Of a stretch of DNA of 64,000 nucleotides, positions 41,665-52,569 are shown one piece after another. Origin of the DNA: Vicinamibacteria bacterium (GTDB lineage Bacteria; Acidobacteriota; Vicinamibacteria; Fen-336; CBDFGD01); contig CBDFGD010000001.1 of the NCBI GenBank assembly GCA_965246965.1, forward strand, positions 516,705-580,704, given 5' to 3'. The position numbers and the translations under genes are program-made. Position 1 is the stretch's first letter, and each line of letters begins with the position of its first letter. Under the pieces are notes generated by a model. It searched no databases. It saw nothing but the letters and a program-made list of their open reading frames with translations, and was not told where the DNA came from.

Positions 41665-42061
41665 GCCGGATTTCGGCTTTCGTGCGTGGCAGCCGGTGGT
41701 GGTCTACCTCCACACGCCGAAGGAGAAGGTCTGGGGTCTGTTGATGTCCATCAACACCGCCGGCGTCACCGTCCGCGGGCTCGATCTCGTGGCCTTCGAG
41801 GACTGGATGCGCCAGGAGGCGAAGCGCCGGGAGACCATGATCGGGCTGACGACCCTCTTCTATCCGGCCTCGCGGCTGGAGCGCCTCGAGCTCGACGAGA
41901 CCGTGGAGCCGGTGCTGGGCCTCGCGGACCGTTTTCACATGGAGGTGGGCCGCACGGTGCACGAAGTCGTCGAGGTTTCGACGACGCAGCCGCTGCCACC
42001 GAGTGTGCCAGCGAGGCGGCGCAGGAAGACCAACCGGCCACGGCGCGGATCCGAACACTAG
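41657..42061 (+). CDS. Hypothetical protein
   Basis: L..PKEK.WG, RGLDL..FEDW, FYP..R.ER; the stop is supplied by the CTAG of the downstream element. Confidence 0.78.
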   Translation: MVEPDFGFRAWQPVVVYLHTPKEKVWGLLMSINTAGVTVRGLDLVAFEDWMRQEAKRRETMIGLTTLFYPASRLERLELDETVEPVLGLADRFHMEVGRTVHEVVEVSTTQPLPPSVPARRRRKTNRPRRGSEH

Positions 42062-42224
42062 TACTCTGATCCGTAAATACGGTGTCGCACCGAGAAGGCC
42101 GAGGCGCCCGGATGGCAAGGAGCCGAGGAGGGAGAATACCGGGAGTATTTGACCGACGAGCGACGCAGCCAGGCGGGATGCATCGGCCTTCGAATGCAAC
42201 CGTGATTGCGGATCCGAGTACTAG
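42058..42224. mobile_element. MITE-like element with CTAG ends and terminal inverted repeats
   Basis: CTAGTACTCTGATCCGTAAATACGGT ... ACCGTGATTGCGGATCCGAGTACTAG. Confidence 0.7.
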
Positions 42225-42391
42225 TCAGGACGTCAGGCAAATTGCGTGCCTGTCGCGATGCTGTAACCAAGTGCAAAGCGTACAAACTTCCCTTCAACCA
42301 ATGAGTTCTGGATGAAATTCTCTAACTTTCCACAGGCTTTTCAACAGCGGCTGCGGATCTTTTCGCTATCGCCTCCCCCCGTGATGAGCGA

Positions 42392-43978
42392 ATGAGTGTG
42401 CGAGTCCTCGCGCTCGAAGGGATCACCGAGCGTGGGCTCGAGCTTCTGAAGGCAGAGGGATGGCAGGTCGATGTCGAGAAAGCGCTCGCTCCGGACGAGC
42501 TGGCGAAGCGCATCGGACCCTACGACGCCGTGCTGATACGTAGCGGCAGTCGCATCACAACCGAGGTGTTGGAGGCCGCGGAGCGGCTGCGCGTGATTGG
42601 GCGCCCGGGAGTGGGTGTCGACAACGTCGACCTGGACGCCGCGACGCGCCGGGGCGTCATCGTGATGAACTCGCCGCTCGGAAACCTCGTCTCGACCGCC
42701 GAGCTGACGCTGGCGCTGCTGCTCAGCGTGGCCCGCAACATTCCCCAGGCGGACGCGGCGATGAAGGCGGAGCGCTGGGATCGAAAATCGTTTCGCGGCG
42801 TCGAGCTGAACGAAAAGCGCCTTGGAGTGATCGGACTCGGCCGGATCGGCCGCGAAGTCGCGGCCCGCTGCCGCGGGCTCGGGATGGAGATCGTGGCCTA
42901 CGATCCGTTCGTTGCCGGCGCGACCGCAGAGGGGCTGCGTATCAAGCTGGTCGAGCTGAGAGAGCTGTTCGAGACATCGGACTTCGTCACACTGCACGCC
43001 CAGCTGACGCCCGAAACCCACTATCTGCTCGGCCGCGAGGCGTTCTCGCGCGTCAAGCCGGGGATGCGACTCGTCAACGCCGCCCGCGGTAATCTGGTTG
43101 ACCCCGCGGCGCTGCTCGAGGCGCTCGATAGCGGGAGAGTGGCCGGCGCGGCGCTCGACGTGCACTCGAAGGAGCCCCCGACGGATTGGCGTCTGGCACG
43201 CCACCCGCGACTGGTTGCGACGCCTCACATCGGTGCGGCGACAGACGAGGCGCAGCAGCGGGTCGGTACGGACATCGCGGTTCAAGTGCGCGACTTCCTG
43301 AAGGGTGGAGTCATCCAGCAGGCCGTCAATTTCTTTTCTTTCACCGGCGAGTTCTTCGAACAGGTGAAGCCCTCCCTCGATCTCGCGGAGCGCCTGGGGC
43401 GCTTCCTGGCGCAGGTGTGCGAGGGGGCGATGGAGCGTGTCGAGATCGGGTTGTACGGTGATCTCGCCGAGGTCGATGTGAAACCGGTGCTCTCGGCGGC
43501 CGTGACCGGGCTCCTGAAGCCGGAGCTTGGGGGAGCCGTGACGTACGTCAACGCCCTCCGCCTGGCGGAGGAGCGCGGCGTGGCAGTCGGGCAATCCCGC
43601 TCGACGAATCCCCTCGCGTTCCAGAATCTGTTGGGGCTGCGATTGAAGACTGCCGACGCCGACCTATCGGTCGCGGGAACACTCTTTGGGCGCGGCCACA
43701 TCCGGTTGGTCGAGATCGACGGCGTGGAGCTCGACGCGATCCCTCGCGGCCATCTGTTGTTCGTGAAGAACGAGGATCAGCCCGGTGTGATCGGTGAGAT
43801 GGGATCGGTCCTGGGTCGACGCGGCATCAACGTCGCTCGCATGACGGTGGGGAGACAGCCCGGCAGCCGCCGCGCCGTAATGATCCTCGAAGTCGACAGC
43901 GAAGTGCCGGCGGCCGCGCTGCCCGAGCTGATGAAGGTGAGCGGCGTCCGCGACGTCAAGGCGATCGCGCTGGACTGA
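42392..43978 (+). CDS. serA: D-3-phosphoglycerate dehydrogenase (with ASB and ACT domains)
   Basis: GVGVDNVD, GLGRIG, NAARG, TPHIGA, C-terminal D.PGVIG. Confidence 0.95.
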   Translation: MSVRVLALEGITERGLELLKAEGWQVDVEKALAPDELAKRIGPYDAVLIRSGSRITTEVLEAAERLRVIGRPGVGVDNVDLDAATRRGVIVMNSPLGNLVSTAELTLALLLSVARNIPQADAAMKAERWDRKSFRGVELNEKRLGVIGLGRIGREVAARCRGLGMEIVAYDPFVAGATAEGLRIKLVELRELFETSDFVTLHAQLTPETHYLLGREAFSRVKPGMRLVNAARGNLVDPAALLEALDSGRVAGAALDVHSKEPPTDWRLARHPRLVATPHIGAATDEAQQRVGTDIAVQVRDFLKGGVIQQAVNFFSFTGEFFEQVKPSLDLAERLGRFLAQVCEGAMERVEIGLYGDLAEVDVKPVLSAAVTGLLKPELGGAVTYVNALRLAEERGVAVGQSRSTNPLAFQNLLGLRLKTADADLSVAGTLFGRGHIRLVEIDGVELDAIPRGHLLFVKNEDQPGVIGEMGSVLGRRGINVARMTVGRQPGSRRAVMILEVDSEVPAAALPELMKVSGVRDVKAIALD

Positions 43979-43983
43979 CGCTG

Positions 43984-46467
43984 CTAGCCGGCCTCGGCTG
44001 GCTCCGGCAGACGCTCGACGGTCACGTAGCGAAGCTCGAGCGCCAGATCCCAGTGAGGTGGCACACCCGCTGGCGGGTTCCGGAGTTCGGTAGCCGCGAC
44101 GAGGCGCTGGCTGCGCAACTCCAGGTCGTTCCGACCAGCTCGCACCATGGCGGCCGGGATATCCACGCTGTAGGAGCCGGTGCGAGCCGGGTCGTAGCTC
44201 AATCGGAGGGTGCGGAGGTGCGCGCCATTGAACCAGAGCTCGAGCGCGGGCCGATCGTCCTCTGACGGGGCCACCGGGTCCATCCGCAAGCCGATGCGAT
44301 AGGCGTGGCCCGAGGCGAGTGGGAGGTGAAGCACGGCTCGAGTGGAGCGCATGTACCGCGAGTGCCAGCTGGTGCGTTCTATGGGAGGCAGCCACCCCCG
44401 GCCAAACACGAGGGCATCGCGTGGGCCTGCCTCGAGGAACGTGCGATCGGCTCCAACCGCGACGGCCTCAGCCCTGCGCGCGTAGTAGAGACCGTGAGAG
44501 AGGCCCCAGCCCGCTCCGAGCAGAACGAACACCGCCGCCGAAGCCTGAAGCAGTCGCGGCGGAGCGAGCCAGCGCGCCGCGGCGCTGCGACCGCCTCGCG
44601 TCAGTAGGCCGTGGCCGATCAGGTGGAGCGTCCACGCGGCCGCGAGCAGGTAGAACGGATACGCGTGCAGCGAGTGGCGCCACGGGCTGCCGGCCAGGAC
44701 GTCCCAGGCGAGCGAGAAAGGCAGCATCGCCGCCGCGTGGATCCCGAGCAGCAGCCGGCCGCGAGGCAGAGCCAGCCAACCGGCCAGGCCGAACAATGAC
44801 GCTCCGGCGAGCAGACTCGATAGCGGCGGCCACCAGTCGTCGAAGTTCCACTTGGGTGAGAACGGGTGCGACGTGTAGCCGACGAACAGGGTGTCCAGCA
44901 TCTGCAGCGGTCGGAAGCTGGTCGTCAGGTGATCGACGACCGTCATCGAGCTGTCGTACGACAGGCCGGCGCGCGTTCGGTAGAAGTGAACTCCCTCGTT
45001 GGCGGGGAAGAAGGGGTCGCCGTAGCTGACCCAGCAGGCGACCAGGAAGGGCCCCATCAGCCCCAGCGCGAGAAGCCCGGCGACGCCCACCCGGCGCAGG
45101 CGGGGGCGATCGAAGCCCCTCCAGGGAAAGATCGCGAGCGCCATCAGCGTGGGGACGAGAAAAGTCAGCGATGTGATGCGGGTCAGCCAGGCCGCACCGC
45201 CGGTCACTCCGAGCAGCACGGCGTCGCGCAGGGCGCCGCGGTCGTAGAAGCGCAACGAGGACCAGGCGAAGAATACGAGACAGCAGGCGAACGCGTCGTC
45301 TCGCCAGCCCTGGATGCTCAGTCCGATCACGCGAGGCTCGATGGCAAAGGCCGCGGCGGCGAGCAGTCCCACGAGCGGTGCGAAGGCGCGAGCTCCCAAC
45401 AGGTACGTCGCTCCTATCGCGAGCGTCGAGAAGCCCGCCGAGGCGATGCCGACTCCTACGTCGTTATCGTCGGCCAACGAGAGCCCCAGCTTCGTCGCGA
45501 AGACGAACATGGGCTCGCGCACGCTGGCTCCGTAGAAGTTCTCCATCGCTCGGCCATAGCGGAGGTAGGCGTAGGGATCACCACCGCGGTGCGGCACCTG
45601 AAGCGGCCAGCGAAACGTCTCGGGGCGAAGCTCGGCAAGGCGTGGCTGCAGCTGCTCGGCCCACGGCCAGACCTCGCGCACGTCCCAGTAGGAGCCGATC
45701 AGCGCCTCGACTCTCACGAGCCCACCGTAGGCGAGGATCAGCGTCAGTGCCCCGCGTCGAGCCCAGGTCCGTGTCGCGGGGCTCGACCAGAATCGCGTCG
45801 ATCCGGGCATGAAGCCCCAGGCCCGCCCGCGTCGGCCGGCTCCGATCAGAATGGACAGGCACAGGATGGCGGCGAACCCGAGCGTCGGGAGCAGCCGCCT
45901 CAGTGATCGGGTCACACGGCGTGCGGCGAGAGCGGCACTCGTGGGCTTCTCCACGAACAGTGAGGCGGGCTCCAACACCCGCCACCCCTGGCCCTCCTGC
46001 GCCCAGCGAAGCCGGAAGGTCGGGTCTTCGTCATCGCGACGCCACCCGACCTCCAGACTGACGGGGCGCCCTTCCAGATCGAGGGGACTTCTGAGTCGCC
46101 GTTCGGTGTCCGAGTCGTTCTCGATCAGAGTGCGGCCGTCGAGGACGACGCGCGCGGCTCCCCGGACGAGGAGGTTGAGCCTGGCGGCGCCCACGTGTTC
46201 GGGCAGCCAGTAACCGGAGAAGCGGGCCTCGACGGCCCCCATGTTGCGGGCGCGCCGGTCGACCTCCGAGCGCGCGATCCGCGGTACTTGCGCCTTGTGG
46301 CTCGGTTCTCCAGACGGGCCGCGCAACTCGAGGGTCACGCCGTGCGGCGACACGCGCGCTTCGACGAGGCTGAGAGCCGCCGCGGCGGCCGCGAGCAGAA
46401 CGGGCGCCAGCAGCAGCCGTCGCAGGCGCGCGTTCTGGACATCGGCACGTAGCTGCTGGGGATCCAT
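43984..46467 (-). CDS. GT-C fold (PMT/ArnT-like) membrane glycosyltransferase with a PA14-like N-terminal domain
   Basis: GDPYAY, REP, multiple TM helices, LTR; beta-rich terminal domains. Confidence 0.7.
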   Translation of the reverse strand: MDPQQLRADVQNARLRRLLLAPVLLAAAAAALSLVEARVSPHGVTLELRGPSGEPSHKAQVPRIARSEVDRRARNMGAVEARFSGYWLPEHVGAARLNLLVRGAARVVLDGRTLIENDSDTERRLRSPLDLEGRPVSLEVGWRRDDEDPTFRLRWAQEGQGWRVLEPASLFVEKPTSAALAARRVTRSLRRLLPTLGFAAILCLSILIGAGRRGRAWGFMPGSTRFWSSPATRTWARRGALTLILAYGGLVRVEALIGSYWDVREVWPWAEQLQPRLAELRPETFRWPLQVPHRGGDPYAYLRYGRAMENFYGASVREPMFVFATKLGLSLADDNDVGVGIASAGFSTLAIGATYLLGARAFAPLVGLLAAAAFAIEPRVIGLSIQGWRDDAFACCLVFFAWSSLRFYDRGALRDAVLLGVTGGAAWLTRITSLTFLVPTLMALAIFPWRGFDRPRLRRVGVAGLLALGLMGPFLVACWVSYGDPFFPANEGVHFYRTRAGLSYDSSMTVVDHLTTSFRPLQMLDTLFVGYTSHPFSPKWNFDDWWPPLSSLLAGASLFGLAGWLALPRGRLLLGIHAAAMLPFSLAWDVLAGSPWRHSLHAYPFYLLAAAWTLHLIGHGLLTRGGRSAAARWLAPPRLLQASAAVFVLLGAGWGLSHGLYYARRAEAVAVGADRTFLEAGPRDALVFGRGWLPPIERTSWHSRYMRSTRAVLHLPLASGHAYRIGLRMDPVAPSEDDRPALELWFNGAHLRTLRLSYDPARTGSYSVDIPAAMVRAGRNDLELRSQRLVAATELRNPPAGVPPHWDLALELRYVTVERLPEPAEAG

Positions 46468-46507
46468 GGTGCCGGAGTCGCCCTTCAGATTGTGAGGCCG
46501 CGCAAGC

Positions 46508-47791
46508 TCAGCTCATGTGTTTGATCAGAGCGTCGCCGAACTCGCTGCACTTCACCTTGGTGGCGCCCTCCATGAGGCGGGCGAAGTCGTAGGTGACCGT
46601 CTTCGCACCGATTGCGCCATCCATGCCTACGATGATCCTGTCGGCGGCTTCGGTCCAGCCCATGTAGCGCAGCATCATCTCGCCGGAGAGCACGACGGAG
46701 CCGGGATTGACCTTGTCCTGGTCGGCGTACTTCGGCGCCGTGCCGTGGGTCGCCTCGAAGATCGCATGACCGGTGTCGTAGTTGATGTTGCCGCCAGGGG
46801 CGATGCCGATGCCGCCCACCTGGGCCGCCAGGGCGTCCGAGACGTAGTCGCCGTTCAGGTTCATCGTGGCGATGATGTCGAACTCGGCGGGCCGAGTCAG
46901 GACCTGCTGGAGCGTGATGTCGGCGATCGCATCCTTGACGAGGATCTTCCCAGCGCCGAGTGCCTGCTCCTGCTCCGCGTTTGCCGCCGGCTCGCCCTTG
47001 TCCCTCTTGGTGCGTTCCCACTGCGACCAGGTGTACGTGTCGTCGCCGAAATCGCGCTCCGCCAACTCGTATCCCCAGTTCCTGAACGCCCCCTCGGTGA
47101 ACTTCATGATGTTCCCTTTGTGGACCAGGGTGACGCTCTTGCGGCCGTTGGCCTTCGCGTACTCGATGGCGGCGCGGACCAACCTCTCGCTGCCTTCCCG
47201 GGAGACGGGTTTTATTCCGATGCCCGAGGTGGCCGGGAAGCGGATCTTGCTCGCGCGATCCGGGAATGCCTCTCGCAGCGCGGCGAGGAATTTCTTGGCG
47301 TCGTCCGATCCCTCTTCGAACTCGATTCCGGCGTAGATGTCCTCGGTGTTCTCGCGGAAGATCACCATGTTCACCTTCTCGGGCGACTTGACCGGAGAAG
47401 GCACACCCTCGAACCAGCGGACCGGTCGCAGGCACACGTACAGATCGAGCATCTGGCGCAGGGCGACGTTGAGCGATCGGATTCCGCCGCCGATGGGGGT
47501 CGTCAGCGGGCCCTTGATGCCCACGAGCAGATCGCGGAAGGCGTCGACGGTGTCGTCGGGCAGCCGGTTGCCGGTGGCGTCGAAGGCCTTCTGGCCCGCG
47601 ACCACTTCGCGCCAGACGATCTTGCGCTTTCCGTCGTAGGCCTTTTCTACGGCGGCGTCCAGAACCCGCGACGCCGCGCGCCAGATGTCCCGTCCGGTGC
47701 CATCCCCCTCGATGAACGGCACGATCGGATGGTCCGGGACGGAGAGCTTGCCGTCTCGCATTGTGATCTTCTCGCCGCTGGCTTCAGTCAT
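46508..47791 (-). CDS. icd: Isocitrate dehydrogenase (E. coli-type dimeric)
   Basis: [42 protein letters not shown]. Confidence 0.97.
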   Translation of the reverse strand: MTEASGEKITMRDGKLSVPDHPIVPFIEGDGTGRDIWRAASRVLDAAVEKAYDGKRKIVWREVVAGQKAFDATGNRLPDDTVDAFRDLLVGIKGPLTTPIGGGIRSLNVALRQMLDLYVCLRPVRWFEGVPSPVKSPEKVNMVIFRENTEDIYAGIEFEEGSDDAKKFLAALREAFPDRASKIRFPATSGIGIKPVSREGSERLVRAAIEYAKANGRKSVTLVHKGNIMKFTEGAFRNWGYELAERDFGDDTYTWSQWERTKRDKGEPAANAEQEQALGAGKILVKDAIADITLQQVLTRPAEFDIIATMNLNGDYVSDALAAQVGGIGIAPGGNINYDTGHAIFEATHGTAPKYADQDKVNPGSVVLSGEMMLRYMGWTEAADRIIVGMDGAIGAKTVTYDFARLMEGATKVKCSEFGDALIKHMS

Positions 47792-47814
47792 GGGCCATAT
47801 CTCCGCTGTCGAAC

Positions 47815-48062
47815 GACGCCACAGAGTCACAGAGGCTCTGAGGAAGGACGCTTCTCGTGCTCTCTCCGCGGTTCTCCGTTGATCGTTCGTGGTGAATCAG
47901 TCTCTTGATCGGGACGGCGAGGGATCGGAGCTGCCGTACCTCTGTGTCTCCGTGGCTTTCGTTGATCGGCCGTTGTTGATCTGCTTCTCGATCGGGATCT
48001 CGAACGATCGGAGCAGGCCGTTCCTCTGTGTCTCCGTGTCTCTGTGGCTGCCGTTGATCGTA
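47815..48062. repeat. Cluster of CACAGAG/CTCTGTG repeats between sdhB and icd
   Basis: GCCACAGAGTCACAGAG; CTCTGTGTCTCCGTGG; CTCTGTGTCTCCGTGTCTCTGTGGC; repeated CGTTGATC. Confidence 0.72.
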
Positions 48063-48063
48063 G

Positions 48064-48816
48064 TCAGCCGCCGCGGTTGATCAGCGACGCCTTCAAGTAG
48101 TCGCGGTTGAGGCGCGCGATGAACTCGAGGCGGATCTCCTTCGGGCACACGGCCTCGCACTCGCCGTGATTGGTGCAGGCGCCGAAGCCGGCCGCGTCCA
48201 TCGCCGTCACCATCTTGGTGGCCCGATCGTTTCGTTCCGCCTGTCCCTGGGGAAGCAGCGCCAGCTGCGAAACCTTGGCCGACGTGAACAGCATCGCCGA
48301 AGCGTTGGGGCAGGCGGCGACGCAGGCGCCGCAACCGATGCAGGCCGCCGCATCCATCGCCAGATCGGCATTCTCCTTCGGGACCGGAATCGCGTTTCCG
48401 TCGGGCGCGCTGCCGGTGGGGACCGAGATGAAGCCGCCGGCCTGGATGATCTCGTCGAACGATGTGCGGTCCACGACGAGGTCTCGCACGACGGGGAAAG
48501 CGCCGGCTCGCCAGGGCTCGATCGTGAGGGTGTCACCGTCGTTGAAGCTGCGCATGTGCAGCTGGCAGGCCGTGGTCGCCGAACGGGGGCCGTGAGCGCT
48601 GCCGTTGATCATCATTCCGCAGGTGCCGCAGATTCCCTCGCGACAGTCGTGATCGAAGGCGATCGCCTCGCTCCCCTGCTCGATCAGCCGTTCGTTGACG
48701 ACGTCGAGCATCTCCAGGAAGGACATGTCCGGGCTGATGTCAGGGGCCGGATACGTGACGAAGCTGCCGGGATCTTGCGCGTTCTTCTGTCGCCAGACGA
48801 CCAGCGTGAGGTTCAC
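48064..48816 (-). CDS. sdhB: Succinate dehydrogenase/fumarate reductase iron-sulfur subunit
   Basis: [33 protein letters not shown]. Confidence 0.96.
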   Translation of the reverse strand: MNLTLVVWRQKNAQDPGSFVTYPAPDISPDMSFLEMLDVVNERLIEQGSEAIAFDHDCREGICGTCGMMINGSAHGPRSATTACQLHMRSFNDGDTLTIEPWRAGAFPVVRDLVVDRTSFDEIIQAGGFISVPTGSAPDGNAIPVPKENADLAMDAAACIGCGACVAACPNASAMLFTSAKVSQLALLPQGQAERNDRATKMVTAMDAAGFGACTNHGECEAVCPKEIRLEFIARLNRDYLKASLINRGG

Positions 48817-50726
48817 TTGTAGCTCCGTTGAGTCAGGGCGACGTACTCGAAGGAAAGCTTCTCCTCGTGGCGGAGCGGCTTCTCGTCCGGTCCCTGGTAC
48901 TCCCACGCGGCGACGTGTGCGAACTGCTCGTCGTTGCGGAGCGCCTCGCCTTCGGGGGTCTGGCTCTCCTCACGGAAGTGGCCGCCGCAGGACTCGGCGC
49001 GTTCGAGGGCATCCATGCACATCAGCTCGCCGAGCTCCAGGAAGTCGGCGACGCGTCCGGCCTTCTCGAGGGACTGGTTGAGTGAGTCGCCCGAGCCGAG
49101 GACGGAGACCTCACTCCAGAACCGCTCGCGGAGCTCGGGGATCTTCGAGAGGGCGGTGCGCAGGCCGGCATCGGTCCGCGCCATCCCGCAGTGGTCCCAC
49201 ATGATCTGACCCAGCTCGCGGTGGAAGGAGTCGACCGTTTTCGAGCCCGTCACGCCGAGCAGCTTGTCGGTCCGCTTAGCCACCCGGGCTTCGGCTTCCT
49301 TGAAGGCCGCGTGTTCGGCAGAGACGGTCGTCTTGGGGTACGTCGCGAGGTAGTTGCCGAGCGTGTATGGGATCACGAAGTACCCGTCGCAGAGCCCCTG
49401 CATCAGCGCGCTCGCGCCGAGGCGGTTGGCGCCGTGGTCCGAGAAGTTGGCCTCACCGATCACGTGGAGGCCGGGAATCGTGCTCATCAGGTTGTAGTCG
49501 ACCCACAGCCCACCCATCGTGTAGTGGGAAGCCGGGTAGATGCGCATCGGCACCTCGTACGGGTTCTCATCCGTGATGCGCTCGTACATGTCGAAGAGAT
49601 TGCCGTATTTCTCCTTGATGGCGTGTTCGCCGAGGCGCTTGATGGCATCGGCAAAGTCCAGATAGACGCCGTACCCCGTCGGCCCGACGCCGCGGCCCTC
49701 GTCGCAGACCGCCTTGGCGTTCCGCGACGCCACATCGCGCGGCACGAGGTTGCCGAAGCTCGGGTACTTCCGTTCGAGGTAGTAGTCGCGCTCTTCTTCG
49801 GGAATCTCGGCGGCCCGGCGCCTGTCGCCCTTCTGCTTCGGCACCCAGATACGTCCGTCGTTTCGAAGCGACTCGCTCATCAACGTGAGCTTGGACTGGT
49901 GATCGCCGCTGACGGGGATGCACGTGGGGTGGATCTGCGTGTAGCAGGGGTTGCCAAAAGCCGCGCCCTTCTTGTATGCGCGCCAGATCGCCGTGGCGTT
50001 GCAGCCCTTTGCGTAGGTCGCGAGGTAGAAGACGTTGCCGTAGCCACCGGTCGCCAGGATCACGGCGTCTGCCGGGTGCGACTCGATCTCGCCAGTCACC
50101 ATGTCGCGGGTGACGATGCCCCGCGCCCGGCCGTCGACTGAGACCACCTCCAGCATCTCGTGGCGCGAGTGCATCTCGACCTTGCCGGCGCCGATCTGAC
50201 GCGAGAGCGCCTGGTAGGCGCCGAGCAGGAGCTGCTGTCCCGTCTGTCCGCGCGCGTAGAAGGTGCGAGAGACCTGCGCGCCGCCAAACGAGCGATTGGC
50301 CAGTGTGCCGCCGTACTCGCGTGCGAACGGCACGCCCTGGGCCACGCACTGGTCGATGATGTTCACGCTGAGCTCAGCGAGGCGGTACACGTTCGCTTCA
50401 CGCGACCGGTAGTCGCCACCCTTGACGGTGTCGTAAAAGAGCCGGAACACGCTGTCGCCGTCGTTCTGGTAGTTCTTTGCGGCGTTGATGCCGCCCTGGG
50501 CGGCGATCGAGTGGGCGCGGCGCGCGCTATCCTGATAGCAGAACGCTTTGACGTTGTAACCGAGCTCGGCGAGCGAGGCTGCGGCCGACGCCCCGGCCAG
50601 CCCGGTCCCAACGACGACGACGTCGTACTTGCGTTTGTTGGCGGGATTGACGAGCTTCATCTCGAAGCGGTGCCGGTCCCACTTCTTCTCGATCGGACCC
50701 TCGGGAATCCTGGCGTTGAGCTCCAT
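48813..50726 (-). CDS. sdhA: Succinate dehydrogenase/fumarate reductase flavoprotein subunit
   Basis: [33 protein letters not shown]. Confidence 0.97.
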   Translation of the reverse strand: MELNARIPEGPIEKKWDRHRFEMKLVNPANKRKYDVVVVGTGLAGASAAASLAELGYNVKAFCYQDSARRAHSIAAQGGINAAKNYQNDGDSVFRLFYDTVKGGDYRSREANVYRLAELSVNIIDQCVAQGVPFAREYGGTLANRSFGGAQVSRTFYARGQTGQQLLLGAYQALSRQIGAGKVEMHSRHEMLEVVSVDGRARGIVTRDMVTGEIESHPADAVILATGGYGNVFYLATYAKGCNATAIWRAYKKGAAFGNPCYTQIHPTCIPVSGDHQSKLTLMSESLRNDGRIWVPKQKGDRRRAAEIPEEERDYYLERKYPSFGNLVPRDVASRNAKAVCDEGRGVGPTGYGVYLDFADAIKRLGEHAIKEKYGNLFDMYERITDENPYEVPMRIYPASHYTMGGLWVDYNLMSTIPGLHVIGEANFSDHGANRLGASALMQGLCDGYFVIPYTLGNYLATYPKTTVSAEHAAFKEAEARVAKRTDKLLGVTGSKTVDSFHRELGQIMWDHCGMARTDAGLRTALSKIPELRERFWSEVSVLGSGDSLNQSLEKAGRVADFLELGELMCMDALERAESCGGHFREESQTPEGEALRNDEQFAHVAAWEYQGPDEKPLRHEEKLSFEYVALTQRSYK

Positions 50727-50729
50727 CGC

Positions 50730-51386
50730 CTACCTCACCACTCCGGTGAGCACGGACACCGGGAAGGAGATGTTGCCGAGCACCACTACGACGGTCAGGG
50801 CGACAGCGAGCTTCGTGCGGAGGTGGTCGTAGCGGGGGTGCGAGAGGCCGACGGTCTGGAGCATGCTCCAGACGCCGTGGCTGAGATGGACGCCCAGCGC
50901 CAGCATCGCCGCGATGTAGAAGCCTGCTACCGCCGGGTTCTGGAAGCCGATCACGACGTTTCTATAAACGTTGCCGGCTTCGAACTCGGGGTGAGCCGCA
51001 CCCGTCGTGAAGTGGAGCAGGTGGTAGATGATGAAGAGCAGTAGGAGCGGGCCACTCCACTTCATGGTGCGTGACGCGTACGTCGAGGCCTGATGCGAGT
51101 GCTGGCGGTAGGCGACAGGCCGCGCCGCCTGGTTGCTCAACGTCAGCGCGGTGGACGACCAGATGTGGATTCCCACCGCGGCCAGCAACCCGACGCGCGC
51201 GCCCCAGAGAAGTGCCGGCAGCTTTCGAAGGCCTTCGGCGTACGCGTTGATCGCCTCGGGTCCCTGGTAGAGCAGCAGGTTGCCGACCATGTGCCCGACT
51301 ACGAAGCCCACGAGCGCGACGCCCGAAACCGCCATCAGCACCTTCTTGCCGATGGTCGATCCGACGAATCTCGTGACCCAGCTCAT
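50730..51386 (-). CDS. sdhC: Succinate dehydrogenase cytochrome b subunit (single-anchor type)
   Basis: STIGKK.LMAVSG, haem-ligand histidines, ASRTM, HLSHG. Confidence 0.93.
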   Translation of the reverse strand: MSWVTRFVGSTIGKKVLMAVSGVALVGFVVGHMVGNLLLYQGPEAINAYAEGLRKLPALLWGARVGLLAAVGIHIWSSTALTLSNQAARPVAYRQHSHQASTYASRTMKWSGPLLLLFIIYHLLHFTTGAAHPEFEAGNVYRNVVIGFQNPAVAGFYIAAMLALGVHLSHGVWSMLQTVGLSHPRYDHLRTKLAVALTVVVVLGNISFPVSVLTGVVR

Positions 51387-51431
51387 TCGACCTCCGAGGT
51401 GCGGGCGCCTCGCGTCGCCGATTCTAGCCTT

Positions 51432-51527
51432 CTAGTGTCCTGCGCCAGAAGTTGTTGAGCACCGAGAGCGTCGAGGCGGGATGCATCGGCGCTCGAATGC
51501 CGACAAATCTCTGGCGCATGACACTAG
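51432..51527. mobile_element. Short MITE-like element with CTAG ends, related to 42058-42224
   Basis: CTAGTGTCCTGCGCCAGA ... TCTGGCGCATGACACTAG; shared core AGGCGGGATGCATCGGC...TCGAATGC. Confidence 0.7.
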
Positions 51528-51529
51528 GA

Positions 51530-52511
51530 CTACTGGCGGGTTCGGACGACGGCCTCGATCGTGTTGCCGGCGCGTTCGTCGTAGAAGGCCTGCATGACTT
51601 CGCGGACGTGCGGATGCTTTGCCGAGATCTCATCGAGGGCCTGCTTGTCCAGCACGAGCATCTCGCAAGGCAGCGCCGCCGTGATCGTTGCGGTCCGAGC
51701 GCCCTCCTGAAGTACTGCGATCTCACCGAAGAAGTCGCCTTCTCCCAACTCGCGTACTTCGGAGTTCCGGCCCCCGGAGTCCTTCACGTAGGCCCGCACG
51801 GCGCCGCGGGTGATGACGAACAGGCTGTCGCCCGGCTCTCCCTCTGAGACGACGATCTGTCCTGGCTCGAAGCTCTCGAGGCTGAGGCCCCGAATGACCT
51901 CGACGAGCTCCTCGTGCGACAGCTCCTGGAAGAGCGGCGTCTGCACGCCGGCTTCGTCCGCGGCCCGCTCGGCTGCGACCGCCGCGGCCGCCTCGTCGAG
52001 CGGAGCCAGCACCTCTTCGAAGAGGGACTGCAACTCGTCGCGAAGCGCGTCTTCCGAGAACTCCTCGAGGGACAGGCTTTTCGAGCCATCGGCGGCGACC
52101 ACGTCCGGAAGCGCGGCCATCGCATCCCCGCTCGGCGCCGGCGCCGGGGGTTGCAGCGCGATCTTCTTCGGCGCCTTGCGTGGAGCGGCGGGAGGCTCAG
52201 GCTCCGCGCAGCTTCTCTTCGACCTCCGGCTGTCCGGGTGCGAGCTTCTGGATCTTCTTGAGGATCGAAATGGCTTCGGCGGCATTGCCGCGCAACGCGA
52301 CCTCGTCGGCCAACGTGTTGAGAACTCGGACGGCATCCTTGATTTGGCCCGCGAGCACGAGCACGTCCGCCAGGCGCCGCAGCAGGCGCCTGTCTCCGGG
52401 GCGTTTCTTGATGGCGACTTTGATGACTTCAATCGCCTGCGCGTACTTCTTGCGCTTGATGAGGTCGTCGACGTTCGACGCGTTCGGTTGGCTGAACCAG
52501 CTGAGGGCCAC
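51530..52511 (-). CDS. TPR plus cyclic-nucleotide-binding domain protein (frameshift at about 52210)
   Basis: N-terminal TPR-like helices from GTG 52511; C-terminal EGEPGDSLF, FFGEIA, RTAT. Confidence 0.82.
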
Positions 52512-52569
52512 GATCCTCCGTCCGTAAGAGTCGGTCGGATAAGAGGTTATTGGGGCGTTTGGGGGCCTG

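Noticed and set aside
47815-48062. Repeat cluster as a CRISPR array
   Set aside because: The units are degenerate, of mixed orientation and irregularly spaced; there are no cas genes.
6726-52511. Many split genes (exeA-like twice, SGNH, CsgG, 17317 ORF, PQQ propeller, ABC-F, actin-like, cNMP protein) as programmed frameshifts or pseudogenes
   Set aside because: They are apparent single-base indels, several in G/C runs, scattered across unrelated and otherwise intact genes. No slippery-site pattern was noted, so long-read consensus error is the simplest explanation.
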